From Candidatus Omnitrophota bacterium (lineage in GTDB: Bacteria; Omnitrophota; Gorgyraeia; Gygaellales; Profunditerraquicolaceae), in NCBI GenBank assembly GCA_011620275.1, contig WOZK01000030.1:6242-70241 (forward strand): a stretch of DNA of 64,000 nucleotides, given 5' to 3'. Position numbers and translations under genes: made by a program. The notes below the pieces were generated by a model. The model saw only the letters and a program-made list of their open reading frames with translations, was not told where the DNA came from and ran no database searches. Below are positions 18,689-28,773 of the stretch, piece by piece. Position 1 is the stretch's first letter. Every line of letters begins with the position of its first letter.

Positions 18689-20159
18689 AGACATTCCCCC
18701 TGATTTTCCTGAACGCCTTGCTTTTCAACATAGAGGATGCGGCCATAAAAGCCTCTTCTCGCGTATTTATCCTGCCGATAGCCCTCAGTTCTTCCAAGCC
18801 GGCAAGCAGACTGCCGATCACCGGCGAAGGTGCAAGAGCGAACCTGCGCATCAAGTCGTTGCCGTTTATCAGCCTGGGCAGGACCTTGCGGCCGAGCGAA
18901 CTGAAATATTCCCGCAGCAACCCGCGGCATACCTTTTCATGACGGGAGCGTGATTCCCTGCTTGTCAAAGGACCGCGGGTGGACCTTTGATCGGCCATAG
19001 AAAGAAGCAGTATGGAAGCGGCCTCTGCGCCGGCATCCCGAAAATACCTGAATTGAGCCCTGGCGGTAACGACTTCATTGTCCGCCAGGTATCCCGGGCG
19101 CAGATGACAAAAGACCATCCTGCGCAAGGCGTCCTGTTCCGCCCGGGAAAGTTTCAGTCGTTCCGCCATGCGGCAAACTATGCGCGCGCCCGACAATTCA
19201 TGTCCGTGAAATATCATCCTGCCGCCGCGGCGTTTCTTCGCCGCCGGCTTGCCGATATCATGCAAAAGCGTCCCGAGTTTAAGCAACCCCAGCCTGCGCC
19301 GTCCCGGTACGATCTCCTGCGCAAGATATGAAGAAAGGCCCGGTTCTCCGCCGAGCTCCTCCAGAAGCGACTCGAGCTGTTTTACGGACTCCAGACTATG
19401 CTTCCAGACATCAAGATGATGATACGGCCCCTGGGCTACGCCCCGCATCACCTCCACCTCCGGGAGCGCCTGACCCAACACCCCCTTATTATCCATAAGT
19501 TTCAGCACCGGATACGCATTCCCTGATTCCAGTATCTTGAAGAGCTCGTCGCGTACGCGCTCGCCGGAAACGCGGGAAAGCAAACGACGCTTGGCCGCCG
19601 TCTGCCGCAGGACTTCCTTCTCCGCTTTGAAACCGAATACCGCCGAAAGGCTAAAGGCCCGCATAATACGCAGGGGATCATCGTTGAAACTGTCCGGCCC
19701 CGCCAGCCTCAACCTGCCTGCGCGCAGGTCGGCGAGAGAACCGCGGACATCTATCAGGCCACCGCAGAACCCCGCGGTAGCGATGCGTCCCCGTATTTCC
19801 TTTGCAAGAGCATTGACCGTGAAATCTCTTTTTTCTAAATCTTTTTCTATCCCTTCCGCGCGAAAATCGGAAAAATCGAGCGTGTAAATAACGCCTGAAC
19901 GCGTCTTTTTCACCAGCCGGCAGCAGCCGCGCTCTCGGTCCAGCATCACAAATCCCGCCTTAAGTTTAACGTTGAGCGCGCGGCCGAAAGACACGGCTCC
20001 TTTATCCACGGCAAAATCCATGTCCGGATTTTCTTTACGCCTTCCCAAAAAAAGGTCCCGCAGAAAACCACCGACAAGATAAACTTTACGGCCGGACTTC
20101 CCTGCCTGAACGGCAACCATCCTTAACAGCTTTATGTCTTCCGGCAAAGGCCCTTTCAT
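18681..20159 (-). CDS. CCA tRNA nucleotidyltransferase / poly(A) polymerase family with HD domain
   Basis: LVGGFLRD, DMDF, RDFTVNAL, DDPLRIMRAF, ERVRDEL, LLHDIGKP. Confidence 0.93.
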   Translation of the reverse strand: MKGPLPEDIKLLRMVAVQAGKSGRKVYLVGGFLRDLFLGRRKENPDMDFAVDKGAVSFGRALNVKLKAGFVMLDRERGCCRLVKKTRSGVIYTLDFSDFRAEGIEKDLEKRDFTVNALAKEIRGRIATAGFCGGLIDVRGSLADLRAGRLRLAGPDSFNDDPLRIMRAFSLSAVFGFKAEKEVLRQTAAKRRLLSRVSGERVRDELFKILESGNAYPVLKLMDNKGVLGQALPEVEVMRGVAQGPYHHLDVWKHSLESVKQLESLLEELGGEPGLSSYLAQEIVPGRRRLGLLKLGTLLHDIGKPAAKKRRGGRMIFHGHELSGARIVCRMAERLKLSRAEQDALRRMVFCHLRPGYLADNEVVTARAQFRYFRDAGAEAASILLLSMADQRSTRGPLTSRESRSRHEKVCRGLLREYFSSLGRKVLPRLINGNDLMRRFALAPSPVIGSLLAGLEELRAIGRINTREEAFMAASSMLKSKAFRKIRGNVYG

Positions 20160-20629
20160 AACCCGACGACCTCCGCGGACAGATCAACGGTATCCACGAC
20201 CGCTACGGTTGATTTTCCGCTGAGCCAGCCGCCGCACTCTCCGGGGTTAACGGCCAGAAGAGAACCTTTCCGCTCCACCGACGGCTTGTGGTTGTGGCCG
20301 TAGATCAATATATCGGCGTGCGGCATCTTTCCATCCAGCAAAGCGATGTCGTGCACCACTACTATCTTCCTGGAAGCGAAGGTTATGGAAAGCGGAGCCT
20401 CGGTTATTGCGCCTGCGGAAACGGAGGAAAGCCCTTTGCGCTCCCCGTCGTTGTTGCCGAACACCCCCTTCCAGGGGCACTTCAATTTGTTGATCTCAGG
20501 CACCGTGAAAGGGGCGATAAAATCCCCCGCATGCACGACAAAATCTGTCTTAAGGCGGTTGAAGAGCTTCACGGCGGCGGCTATCTTGGAGAGATTATCG
20601 TGCGTGTCGGAAATAATTCCTATTTTCAT
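20156..20629 (-). CDS. YfcE/MJ0936-family metallophosphoesterase
   Basis: SDTH, HAGD, GNND, GHNH, NPG motifs. Confidence 0.92.
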   Translation of the reverse strand: MKIGIISDTHDNLSKIAAAVKLFNRLKTDFVVHAGDFIAPFTVPEINKLKCPWKGVFGNNDGERKGLSSVSAGAITEAPLSITFASRKIVVVHDIALLDGKMPHADILIYGHNHKPSVERKGSLLAVNPGECGGWLSGKSTVAVVDTVDLSAEVVGL

Positions 20630-20630
20630 T

Positions 20631-21044
20631 TTAAGTATTCTCTTGGGGCAGCGTATCGGTCTTATTCAAGACCTCCTCCTCCACAAAAATCGGAGTATGG
20701 GCCCTGACCGCCAGCGCGATGCTGTCCGAAGGCCTCGCGTCAAGCACGAGCTCTCCGCCGGATGAATCCTTCAAATATATCTTGGCGTAAAAAGTGCTTT
20801 CCTCCACGCGGTCGATGACTATTTTCTCCACGGAGGCGCGCAGCTTCTCGATGGTATCCTTGAACAAATCGTGGGTCAACGGCCTGGGCGGGGTCAAGTT
20901 GCTTATCTTCATTTTTATGGCGGATATCTCCGCCAACCCTATCACTATCGGCAATAGTCGCCTGCCGTGCTTCTCTTTAAGCACTATCAGCTGGTCGTGG
21001 CGCTTCTCATCTATAATAAGCTTGTTCAACTCCACCTCTATCAT
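20631..21044 (-). CDS. Bifunctional nuclease family protein (DUF151)
   Basis: LPIVIG, PRPLTHDL, DARPSDSIALA. Confidence 0.93.
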   Translation of the reverse strand: MIEVELNKLIIDEKRHDQLIVLKEKHGRRLLPIVIGLAEISAIKMKISNLTPPRPLTHDLFKDTIEKLRASVEKIVIDRVEESTFYAKIYLKDSSGGELVLDARPSDSIALAVRAHTPIFVEEEVLNKTDTLPQENT

Positions 21045-21544
21045 TTAGATAACCTCCTCTTGCGGCTCTTCTTGCTCACGGCGCGCGCTTCCCCGTCATC
21101 CAGAAGACTCTTCAACTCATGCATAAACTGTCCGACGTCCTTGAACTGCCGGTAAACCGAGGCGAAGCGGACATAGGCCACGTCGTCTATTTTCTTCAGC
21201 CGTTTGATGATCGCCTCGCCGATCTCGCTGGAAGGCACCTCCCTGGAAGCGCTCTTGTATATCTCGCGTTCCACCTGGGAAGTTATCTCCTCCATCTCCT
21301 CCAGACCCACGGGACGCTTCTCGCAGGCGCGCATTATACCGGTGAGTATCTTCTTACGATCGAAAACCTGCCGGGTACCGTCTTTCTTGATCACCATCAG
21401 AAAGACTTCTTCCACATACTCATACGTAGTGAAACGTCTGCCGCAGGAAAGGCACTCGCGCCTGCGCCTGACGGCGGAACCTTCCTTGGTGCCCCGCGAA
21501 TCCACTACTTTGTCTTCCTTATAACCGCAATACGGACAACGCAT
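21041..21544 (-). CDS. nrdR: Transcriptional repressor NrdR
   Basis: MRCPYC, RRRRECLSC, RFTTYE, ATP cone, VAYVRFASVY. Confidence 0.98.
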   Translation of the reverse strand: MRCPYCGYKEDKVVDSRGTKEGSAVRRRRECLSCGRRFTTYEYVEEVFLMVIKKDGTRQVFDRKKILTGIMRACEKRPVGLEEMEEITSQVEREIYKSASREVPSSEIGEAIIKRLKKIDDVAYVRFASVYRQFKDVGQFMHELKSLLDDGEARAVSKKSRKRRLSK

Positions 21545-21795
21545 AAAAATCCCTTATATATAACATTACAGTTAGCATAGCATATCGGCGTGAGAATTCA
21601 AGGCTAGAAACGCACAAGACGAGGGTTCTGGAGAAATATGCAAAAGAACAGGCCGCGGAATATAGTAATAGAAAAATGATGAGAAAAACACATTATTACG
21701 GGAACAAATTACACTTCAGCATACCGTTCTCATTCGGAGAACAATCGTACTCAATCTTAGAACATTAGTCAAGGTCTTTTACAGGTAAACTTCAG

Positions 21796-21922
21796 TTAAC
21801 AGTCTGCTGAAAAACCCTGATTTGTCATCCTGAGCGCAGCGAAGAATCTCATCTCTCGATGAGATTTTTCGGCCTGCGGCCTCAGAATGACTACGTGTGG
21901 GACTTTTTCAGCAGACTGTTAA
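21796..21922. mobile_element. 119-bp MITE with 15-bp terminal inverted repeats and TTAA flanks
   Basis: TTAA-CAGTCTGCTGAAAAA (21800-21814)...TTTTTCAGCAGACTG (21904-21918)-TTAA; internal GTCATCCTGAG...CTCAGAATGAC palindrome. Confidence 0.85.
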
Positions 21923-22596
21923 TTCCCTTGCAGAAGTCTCTGGGCCAATTTGTTTAACTCCTGATTAGCCAGGGCGACGGCGCGTTTTCTCACCACACGG
22001 GAGAAATATTCCCTTTCGGTCTTAGTAAGTTTCTCATTACGCAACTTCTTAAGAAATAGCTCTTTTTGCTTTGGAGAAAAAACTTGTGATAAAGCATATT
22101 CCAGCCCAATCTCGTCCTTCACGGCAAGATAATCGTGGAGATCTTCCCTGCTTTGTTTGAAGTAATTGGCGAAAGTGTTCTTCATCCTTTTCATAGACAT
22201 AACTTTGTTATCCACCTTCAAATCACCATCATTCTCCAACGCTTCCATGTATCCTTTATACTCTTTCCGCGCATCCAGATTCTTGAACAACGCCAGCAGA
22301 TCATTCGCCCACGAGAATTTCAGGCCTAAGGTCTTATAAAGCGCCAGCGAGAACAATACTAGCGAAACAAAATCCATCCTGTCCGTATGGGATTTCAGAT
22401 ACTTCTCGGCTTTATTATAATCAAACAAACCCTTCTCCGCGCTATTGGCAAGCACCACCGGAAATCCTTCCCAAAGCCTAGCGTCATGCGACTTGACCAT
22501 GTCGGCGAGCGTAGAATTAGACTCCTTTTCTTGGGCCGCTTCCAAAAGAGGAAATCCCCATGCCGCAAGACGTTTCATCAAATCGGCCTTATTCAA
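21919..22596 (-). CDS. Hypothetical protein with C-terminal HTH-like segment
   Basis: 225-aa ORF, AT-richer than neighbours, C-terminal LSQVFSPKQKELF...LTKTEREYFSRVV. Confidence 0.8.
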   Translation of the reverse strand: MNKADLMKRLAAWGFPLLEAAQEKESNSTLADMVKSHDARLWEGFPVVLANSAEKGLFDYNKAEKYLKSHTDRMDFVSLVLFSLALYKTLGLKFSWANDLLALFKNLDARKEYKGYMEALENDGDLKVDNKVMSMKRMKNTFANYFKQSREDLHDYLAVKDEIGLEYALSQVFSPKQKELFLKKLRNEKLTKTEREYFSRVVRKRAVALANQELNKLAQRLLQGN

Positions 22597-22803
22597 AATT
22601 CACTCCGTTCTTTTTCAAATATCCGAAAAAATGTTTCCAATTTACGTTTTATCATTTTTCTGTTTCTTATGAACTGTGGACTTGTTTTCACGGTCTTCCC
22701 CAAGACTAGAACCCGCCACTCAAAACCACTTCTTTTTTACTCAATACTCCACTCTATATTTTCGTGTATTTATCATACTTCGTCCCTCCGTATTTCTCGT
22801 CCC

Positions 22804-23298
22804 TCACCTTTCATCCTTCTTCCCTATCGTTATCTTCCTAACCTTTATCCCCGCTTCTTTCAGGAATTTTCGCGCGTTCTCGTCTGGATATTCGCCGCAG
22901 GTGACGACTTCGGCGATGCCGGCATTAATAAGCATCTTGGCGCAGATCACACACGGCTGATGGGTGATGTAGATCACGCTTCCGCGGGTGCCGATGCCGT
23001 GCAGGGCGGCCTGGAGCAGGACGTTCTGCTCGGCGTGCAGGCCGCGGCATAACTCGTGTCTCTGCCCGGAAGGAATATTCAGTTTCTCGCGCATACATCC
23101 GGTTTTGGAACAATGCTTGAGCCCGGACGGCGCGCCGTTATAACCGGTAGCCAGTATGCGCTTGTTCTTCACCAACACGGCGCCCACTGCCCTGCGCAGG
23201 CAGGTGGTGCGTTTGGAGACCAACTGCGCCAATTCCAGAAAATACTCGTCCCAGCTCGGTCTCTGCGTAGTCTTAACCTTTTTCGACGGTTTAGGCAT
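22804..23298 (-). CDS. Deoxycytidylate (dCMP) deaminase, ComEB family
   Basis: [23 protein letters not shown]. Confidence 0.95.
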   Translation of the reverse strand: MPKPSKKVKTTQRPSWDEYFLELAQLVSKRTTCLRRAVGAVLVKNKRILATGYNGAPSGLKHCSKTGCMREKLNIPSGQRHELCRGLHAEQNVLLQAALHGIGTRGSVIYITHQPCVICAKMLINAGIAEVVTCGEYPDENARKFLKEAGIKVRKITIGKKDER

Positions 23299-24541
23299 TC
23301 TTCAGCTCCGGATAGAGGGGGAATTGTTTCGCCAGTTCCTTGACTTGTTCCCTGATACCGCTCTTGGCGTACGCGTCTTTGCGCACGGTCACCGCCTGGT
23401 CTATGAAATCGGCGATCTGACGCATCTGCGTTTCCTTCATCCCGCGGGTGGTCACCGCCGGAGTGCCGATGCGGATGCCGCTGGTCACCGCCGGGCTCTG
23501 TTTATCGTAAGGGATCAGGTTCTTATTGACGGTAATGTTCACCTCTTCCAGCACGTCAGAGGCCTGTTTGCCGCTGATGTTCTTGGACGTCAGATCGACC
23601 AACATCAGATGGTTGTCAGTGCCGCCGGAGACGATACGGTAACCTTTCCCTGATAGTTCTCCCGCCATCTCTTGGGCGTTAGCGACGATCTGCTTCTGGT
23701 AAGTCTTGAATTCCGGCTTCATCGCCTCGCCGAAGGCCACCGCCTTGGCGGCGATAACATGCATCAACGGCCCGCCCTGTAGACCGGGGAATATCCTTGA
23801 ATCGATCTTCTTGGCGAACTCCTTGCGGCAGAGTATGAAACCTCCACGCGGGCCGCGTAGAGTCTTATGCGTAGTGGAAGCAACGAACTCTGCGTACGGC
23901 ACCGGAGATTCATGCACGCCGGCAGCGATCAATCCGGCGATATGCGCCATATCCACGAACAGATAAGCACCCACAGAATCGCATATCTTGCGGAAACGCG
24001 CGAAGTTCATCTTGCGCGGATAGGCGGAAGCCCCAGCCAGGATCATCTTTGGTTTATGCTCGGCCGCCAATTCGGCGATCTTGTCGTAATCGAGCATCTC
24101 GGTGTCCTTATCGACTCCGTAAGTAACTATGTTGTAGAACCTGCCGGAGAAATTGTGCGGATGTCCATGGCTTAAATGTCCGCCGCAGGCCAAATCCATG
24201 GCCAGCACGGTGTCGCCCGGGGCAAGCGCAGCCATATAAACGGCCATATTGGCGCTGGTGCCGGAATGCGCCTGAACATTGGCGTATTCGGCGCCAAAAA
24301 GCTCTTTTGCCCTACTGATGGCGATATCTTCCACGATATCTACGTTATGACACCCGCCGTACCAGCGCGCCCCCGGGTACCCCTCGGCGTATTTGTTGGT
24401 CAACACCGATCCCTGCGCCTCCAGCACCGCCAGGGAAGTGAAATTCTCCGAGGCTATCAGCTCAAGGTTGTTCTCCTGTCTCTCGATCTCATTCTTGACC
24501 GCGGCGTATATCTCCGGGTCAACCGCTTTCAGATGTCTCAT
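23291..24541 (-). CDS. glyA: Serine hydroxymethyltransferase
   Basis: [44 protein letters not shown]. Confidence 0.98.
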   Translation of the reverse strand: MRHLKAVDPEIYAAVKNEIERQENNLELIASENFTSLAVLEAQGSVLTNKYAEGYPGARWYGGCHNVDIVEDIAISRAKELFGAEYANVQAHSGTSANMAVYMAALAPGDTVLAMDLACGGHLSHGHPHNFSGRFYNIVTYGVDKDTEMLDYDKIAELAAEHKPKMILAGASAYPRKMNFARFRKICDSVGAYLFVDMAHIAGLIAAGVHESPVPYAEFVASTTHKTLRGPRGGFILCRKEFAKKIDSRIFPGLQGGPLMHVIAAKAVAFGEAMKPEFKTYQKQIVANAQEMAGELSGKGYRIVSGGTDNHLMLVDLTSKNISGKQASDVLEEVNITVNKNLIPYDKQSPAVTSGIRIGTPAVTTRGMKETQMRQIADFIDQAVTVRKDAYAKSGIREQVKELAKQFPLYPELKNA

Positions 24542-25002
24542 TTTTTACCCCCGCATATCTTTTTTTCTATTTCGCCTATTATTTTCAGCCGGCGCTCGTG
24601 CCTGCCTCCGGCAAAGACAGTATTCATCCATATCTCCGTTATCTTTCGCGCCTCGGCGGCGCCGACGAAAGAAGCGCCCAACACCAACACGTTGCTGTCG
24701 TTGTGCTCCCTGGAAAGCCGCGCCGCCGTCCTGTTACAGCAGAGCGCCGCGCGCACGCCCGGGAAACGGTTCGCCACGATGGAATTTCCTATCCCGCTTT
24801 TACAGATAAGTATCCCCCTGCGGTAGCGGCGGCGGGAAATAAGCCCGGCCAAGGCCGCGGCGGTAACCGGATAATCACAGCTTTCTTCGGAATACGCGCC
24901 GAGGTCCTTGATCCGTATGCCGCGTTTCTTCAAAAAAGTCTTCAGCTTCTCCTTCAGCGCGAAACCGCCGTGATCGGAAGCTATCAAGAGCGCAGAATTC
25001 AT
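24538..25002 (-). CDS. rpiB: Ribose-5-phosphate isomerase B
   Basis: SDHGG, DYP, ICKSGIG, REHNDSN, GGRHERR. Confidence 0.93.
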   Translation of the reverse strand: MNSALLIASDHGGFALKEKLKTFLKKRGIRIKDLGAYSEESCDYPVTAAALAGLISRRRYRRGILICKSGIGNSIVANRFPGVRAALCCNRTAARLSREHNDSNVLVLGASFVGAAEARKITEIWMNTVFAGGRHERRLKIIGEIEKKICGGKK

Positions 25003-26057
25003 ATCAATACCTCCACTTTAGCAACCGCTTCCTTTATCTGGGAAAATATCCTTTTGTACAGCTCAAGCGTCCCGCCGATCGGGTCCGGGATGTCCACATC
25101 TCCCCTGCCGGTCCCGGCAAATTCCTTGAGTAAGAAGACCCTGTTCTTCGCCTCCGGAGCCATCTCCAGTATCTTTTCCTCGTGGAGCTTCTCCATCGGC
25201 AGGATTATATCCGCGGCCTTTATCATCACCGGAGTGAGCCTGCGCGCTTTGTGCCCCGAGACATCCATACCCTCTTCCGCCAGCACGCCGCGCGTGGCCT
25301 GCATAGCTCCACCGGAGACTGCCGATATCCCGGCGGAAAAGACATCGACTCCTCCATGCTTCTTTTCCGCGAGGAGCTTTTTAAGGAACGCCTCCGCCAT
25401 CACTGAACGGCAGGAATTCCCGGTGCAGACAAAAAGCACGGTCTTGTTCTTCAGGGCGGTCATTATCTCTGCCGCGCTCAAAGCTCCCTCCCTCAAGACG
25501 CGCGCCTCGCCGCCGGAAAAATCCACCACGCTGGACTCTCTGCCTATCCGGCAAGGGCCGGAATCCACCGCCATCTCAACCAGTCCGCCGAAATCCGACA
25601 AAGCGCCGGCGCATTCGACAGGAGGCTCTTTACCGGACAAGTTGGCCGAAGGACAGGCGACCGGGACTCCGGCATATTCCAACAATGCCAACGCCACGCG
25701 ATGATCCGGCATCCTCACCCCGACGGTCCCGTCTTCCCTGCCTTTCAAGACCAGTGTCAACGGGCCCGGCCAGAAACGCGAAATAAGCTTGTATGCCCGC
25801 AGAGACACTTCGGAAGCGAGATGTTCCGCCTGTGTGATACCGCTTACCAGGATAGAAAAAGGTTTGTCCGACGGACGCTTTTTTATTTCATACAGTTTTC
25901 TGACCGCCGCCGGATCGAAAAAGTTCGCCGCTATACCATAGACCGTCTCAGTGGGAATGATCACCAGCCCGCCGGAGGCTATCAAAGAAGCGGCTTCCTC
26001 GAGGGCCCGGGGATGAGGATCGATTGCGTCTATGAACACCGTCTTGGTACGGCTCAT
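24999..26057 (-). CDS. TsaC/Sua5 threonylcarbamoyl-AMP synthase fused to a LMW phosphatase (YwlE-like)
   Basis: PTETVYG, KKRP, WPGPLT, PSANLSG; then FVCTGNSCRS and DIPDPIG. Confidence 0.92.
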   Translation of the reverse strand: MSRTKTVFIDAIDPHPRALEEAASLIASGGLVIIPTETVYGIAANFFDPAAVRKLYEIKKRPSDKPFSILVSGITQAEHLASEVSLRAYKLISRFWPGPLTLVLKGREDGTVGVRMPDHRVALALLEYAGVPVACPSANLSGKEPPVECAGALSDFGGLVEMAVDSGPCRIGRESSVVDFSGGEARVLREGALSAAEIMTALKNKTVLFVCTGNSCRSVMAEAFLKKLLAEKKHGGVDVFSAGISAVSGGAMQATRGVLAEEGMDVSGHKARRLTPVMIKAADIILPMEKLHEEKILEMAPEAKNRVFLLKEFAGTGRGDVDIPDPIGGTLELYKRIFSQIKEAVAKVEVLI

Positions 26058-26545
26058 AAGGAAATCTGTATTTTCCCTATCTCCTCGCGCATCTTAGCGC
26101 GGAAAGTTTCCATCCTGGCCTTGATGCCCGCGTCGGACAAAGCGAGTATCTCCAGCGCGAACACCGCCGCGTTTTTCGCGCCCCCCGCGCCCACGGCCAT
26201 ACAGGCCACAGGTATGCCGGAAGGCATCTGCACGGTGGAAAGCAGGGAATCCACCCCCCGCAGACTGCTTGTCTCCACCGGAATGCCGATCACGGGAAGC
26301 AGGGTATGGCCGGCGATTGCCCCGGCAAGGGCGGCCGAGCCTCCTGCCGCGGCGATGAACACGGATACCCCGCGCTCCGGCGCCGACTCCACATAAGCCG
26401 CCAGTTCTTTAGGGGTTCGGTGGGCCGACAAGACCTTTACCTCCGGTTCTATGCCGAACTCCTTAAGCAGCTCGACCGCTGGACGCACTGTTTCCAGATC
26501 GGACTTGCTGCCCATAAGCACGCTGACCGTATTCTTCATCTTCAT
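26054..26545 (-). CDS. purE: N5-CAIR mutase
   Basis: MGSKSD, SAHRTP, VQMPSGIPVA. Confidence 0.97.
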   Translation of the reverse strand: MKMKNTVSVLMGSKSDLETVRPAVELLKEFGIEPEVKVLSAHRTPKELAAYVESAPERGVSVFIAAAGGSAALAGAIAGHTLLPVIGIPVETSSLRGVDSLLSTVQMPSGIPVACMAVGAGGAKNAAVFALEILALSDAGIKARMETFRAKMREEIGKIQISL

Positions 26546-26592
26546 CCCTTTCTTATAAAATATTTCTCATCTATTATGTGCGTAGTTTAGAA

Positions 26593-27861
26593 TCAAGCGG
26601 ACTTCGCCGCTATATCACGGCGGTAATGCATTCCTTCAAAATCTATCTCCCCGGCAGCGGAATAGGCGGAGGCGGCGGCTTCTTTGATATCGCGCCCCAG
26701 TGCGCTAACCCCCAGTACCCTTCCTCCGTCGCTTAAACACCTGCCGCCGGCAAGCCTGGTGCCGGAATGGAACACGGTCACGTCACCGCGCCCGACGAGC
26801 CGCTGAAGGCCTCTTATCTCCATTCCCTTCGAATATTCTCCCGGGTAACCTCCGGAAACAAGCACCACGCAGACGCATGCCCGCTCGTCCCACTCAAAAT
26901 CCGGTATCTCCAGCAATTTGCGGCGGCTCACAGCCAGCAGCGCTTCCGCCAAGTCGCTCTTCATACGCGGAAGGATCGCCTGAGTCTCAGGGTCGCCGAA
27001 GCGCACGTTGAATTCCAACACCTTCGGCCCTTCGGCGGTAAACATGATCCCGGCGTAGAGCACCCCGCGATAGTCCAGCCCTTCCTTACGCAATCCTTCC
27101 ATGGCCGGCAGCAGTACCGTCCGGTTTATCTCCTCCTCCTGCTTGGAAGAAAGAAAAACCGCCGGAGAATAAGCGCCCATGCCCCCGGTATTAGGCCCTT
27201 TGTCGCCGTCGAAAACACGTTTGTGGTCCTGGCTGGAAGCCAAAGGCACGATTTTTTGCGTATCCGTGAAAGCAAGGATGGATACCTCCCTGCCTTCGAG
27301 ACATTCCTCTATAACAACCCTCTGCCCGGCTGCTCCGAATATCCTGCGTCTCATTATATCGTCAACCGCAGCCAACGCCTCACCGAGGCTGGCGGGAATT
27401 ATCACTCCCTTGCCGGCGGCAAGGCCATCAGCCTTGATAACACACCGTCTACCCAGGCCGCGCAAATAAGCGTCGGCTTTATCGGGATCCTCGAAGACCT
27501 CGAAAGAAGCGGTAGGTATGCCGTACTTGAACATGAACCGTTTAGCGTAAACCTTGCTTGATTCCAACTGCGCGGCCTGTTTGTCAGGGCCGAAGATATC
27601 CAGCCCGCGGCCGCGGAACGCGCCGGCGATCCCGGCGGCAAGAGACACTTCCGGACCGACCACGGTCAATCCTATCTTTTCCTTCAGCGCGAAAGACATC
27701 AGTCCGCCCACGTCTTCGGCTTTTATCGGAACGCATTCCGCGACAGAAGCGATACCGCCGTTGCCGGGAGCGCAGAATATCTTCTCGACCGAAGGCGACT
27801 GCGCAAGTTTCCAACAGATCGCGTGCTCTCTCCCCCCGGATCCGACCACGAGTACTTTCAT
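26593..27861 (-). CDS. purD: Phosphoribosylamine-glycine ligase
   Basis: GSGGREHA, KADGLAAGKGV, QDHKR, NTGGMG, RFGDPE. Confidence 0.98.
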   Translation of the reverse strand: MKVLVVGSGGREHAICWKLAQSPSVEKIFCAPGNGGIASVAECVPIKAEDVGGLMSFALKEKIGLTVVGPEVSLAAGIAGAFRGRGLDIFGPDKQAAQLESSKVYAKRFMFKYGIPTASFEVFEDPDKADAYLRGLGRRCVIKADGLAAGKGVIIPASLGEALAAVDDIMRRRIFGAAGQRVVIEECLEGREVSILAFTDTQKIVPLASSQDHKRVFDGDKGPNTGGMGAYSPAVFLSSKQEEEINRTVLLPAMEGLRKEGLDYRGVLYAGIMFTAEGPKVLEFNVRFGDPETQAILPRMKSDLAEALLAVSRRKLLEIPDFEWDERACVCVVLVSGGYPGEYSKGMEIRGLQRLVGRGDVTVFHSGTRLAGGRCLSDGGRVLGVSALGRDIKEAAASAYSAAGEIDFEGMHYRRDIAAKSA

Positions 27862-27862
27862 T

Positions 27863-28732
27863 TTAAGCGTCTTTGGCCTCTTTTTTTAAAGGCAGGATAC
27901 CGGCCATCTCACCTATTATGTTCACCAGCTCCGTGCCGCCCGGCACCACCACCTTGGTATTGTTCTGCAGGGCTTTTTCCATCGCCTCCAGCTTACGCAA
28001 CACCTGGGCGTTGCCGACGAAATATTTCTCCGCGGCCTCGTTGACCAGCATGATCGCCTCCGCCTCTCCCTGTGCCTCCAGTATTCTGGACTGCTTGATA
28101 CCTTCAGCCTTCTTTATCTGCGCCCTCTTCTCGCCGTCGGCAACGGTCTCGGCGGCGGTGGCGTAGTCGACGGCGGCGATCTTCTCGTTCTCCGCCTTGA
28201 CCACTTTATTCATCGTCTCCTGCACGTCCTTGGGCGGGTCGATCTCTTTCAATTCGGTCCTGACTATCTCTATCCCCCAATTGGCGGTCTCGGTCATCAA
28301 AGTGCTGTGCAATTCATCGTTTATCTTGCCGCGCTCGCTGTTGGCCGATTTCAAAGTAAGCGTGCCGATGATGTTGCGAAGGGTGGTCCTGGCCAGGTTG
28401 ACTATCTGGTATTGATAGTTGTTGACGTTGTAAAGCGAGCTCTTGACGCTCTGCTCGTCGGACTTGACTTTGAAATACACCTGCGCGTCCACCCGCGCGT
28501 TCAGATTATCGAAAGTGATGATCTCCTGAGGGGCTGCGTCAACCATCTGCTCGGTAACGTTCACCAGGTACATGTTCTCTATGAACGGTATGATCCAGTG
28601 GAAGCCGGACTCGGCGAAACGGGAATATTTGCCCAGACGCTCTATCAGCCCGCGGTGCGTTGGACGGATGATGCGAATACCGGACAGGAAAATAAAAACC
28701 CCCGCGGCTATGGCCAGATAAACGTTATTCAT
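27863..28732 (-). CDS. SPFH/stomatin-like (band 7) protein
   Basis: N-terminal TM, ERLGKY, QEIITFDN, TTLRNIIG, WGIEI. Confidence 0.92.
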   Translation of the reverse strand: MNNVYLAIAAGVFIFLSGIRIIRPTHRGLIERLGKYSRFAESGFHWIIPFIENMYLVNVTEQMVDAAPQEIITFDNLNARVDAQVYFKVKSDEQSVKSSLYNVNNYQYQIVNLARTTLRNIIGTLTLKSANSERGKINDELHSTLMTETANWGIEIVRTELKEIDPPKDVQETMNKVVKAENEKIAAVDYATAAETVADGEKRAQIKKAEGIKQSRILEAQGEAEAIMLVNEAAEKYFVGNAQVLRKLEAMEKALQNNTKVVVPGGTELVNIIGEMAGILPLKKEAKDA

Positions 28733-28773
28733 TTAAATTCCTCCTTTTTTTATGCCGGAACTGCACTACTGGA

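Noticed and set aside
22778-22822. Short CGTCCCTC repeats at the end of the dCMP deaminase gene
   Set aside because: Only two clear units, too short to interpret
24598-25704. 368-aa plus-strand ORF
   Set aside because: Antisense to rpiB and the TsaC-phosphatase fusion
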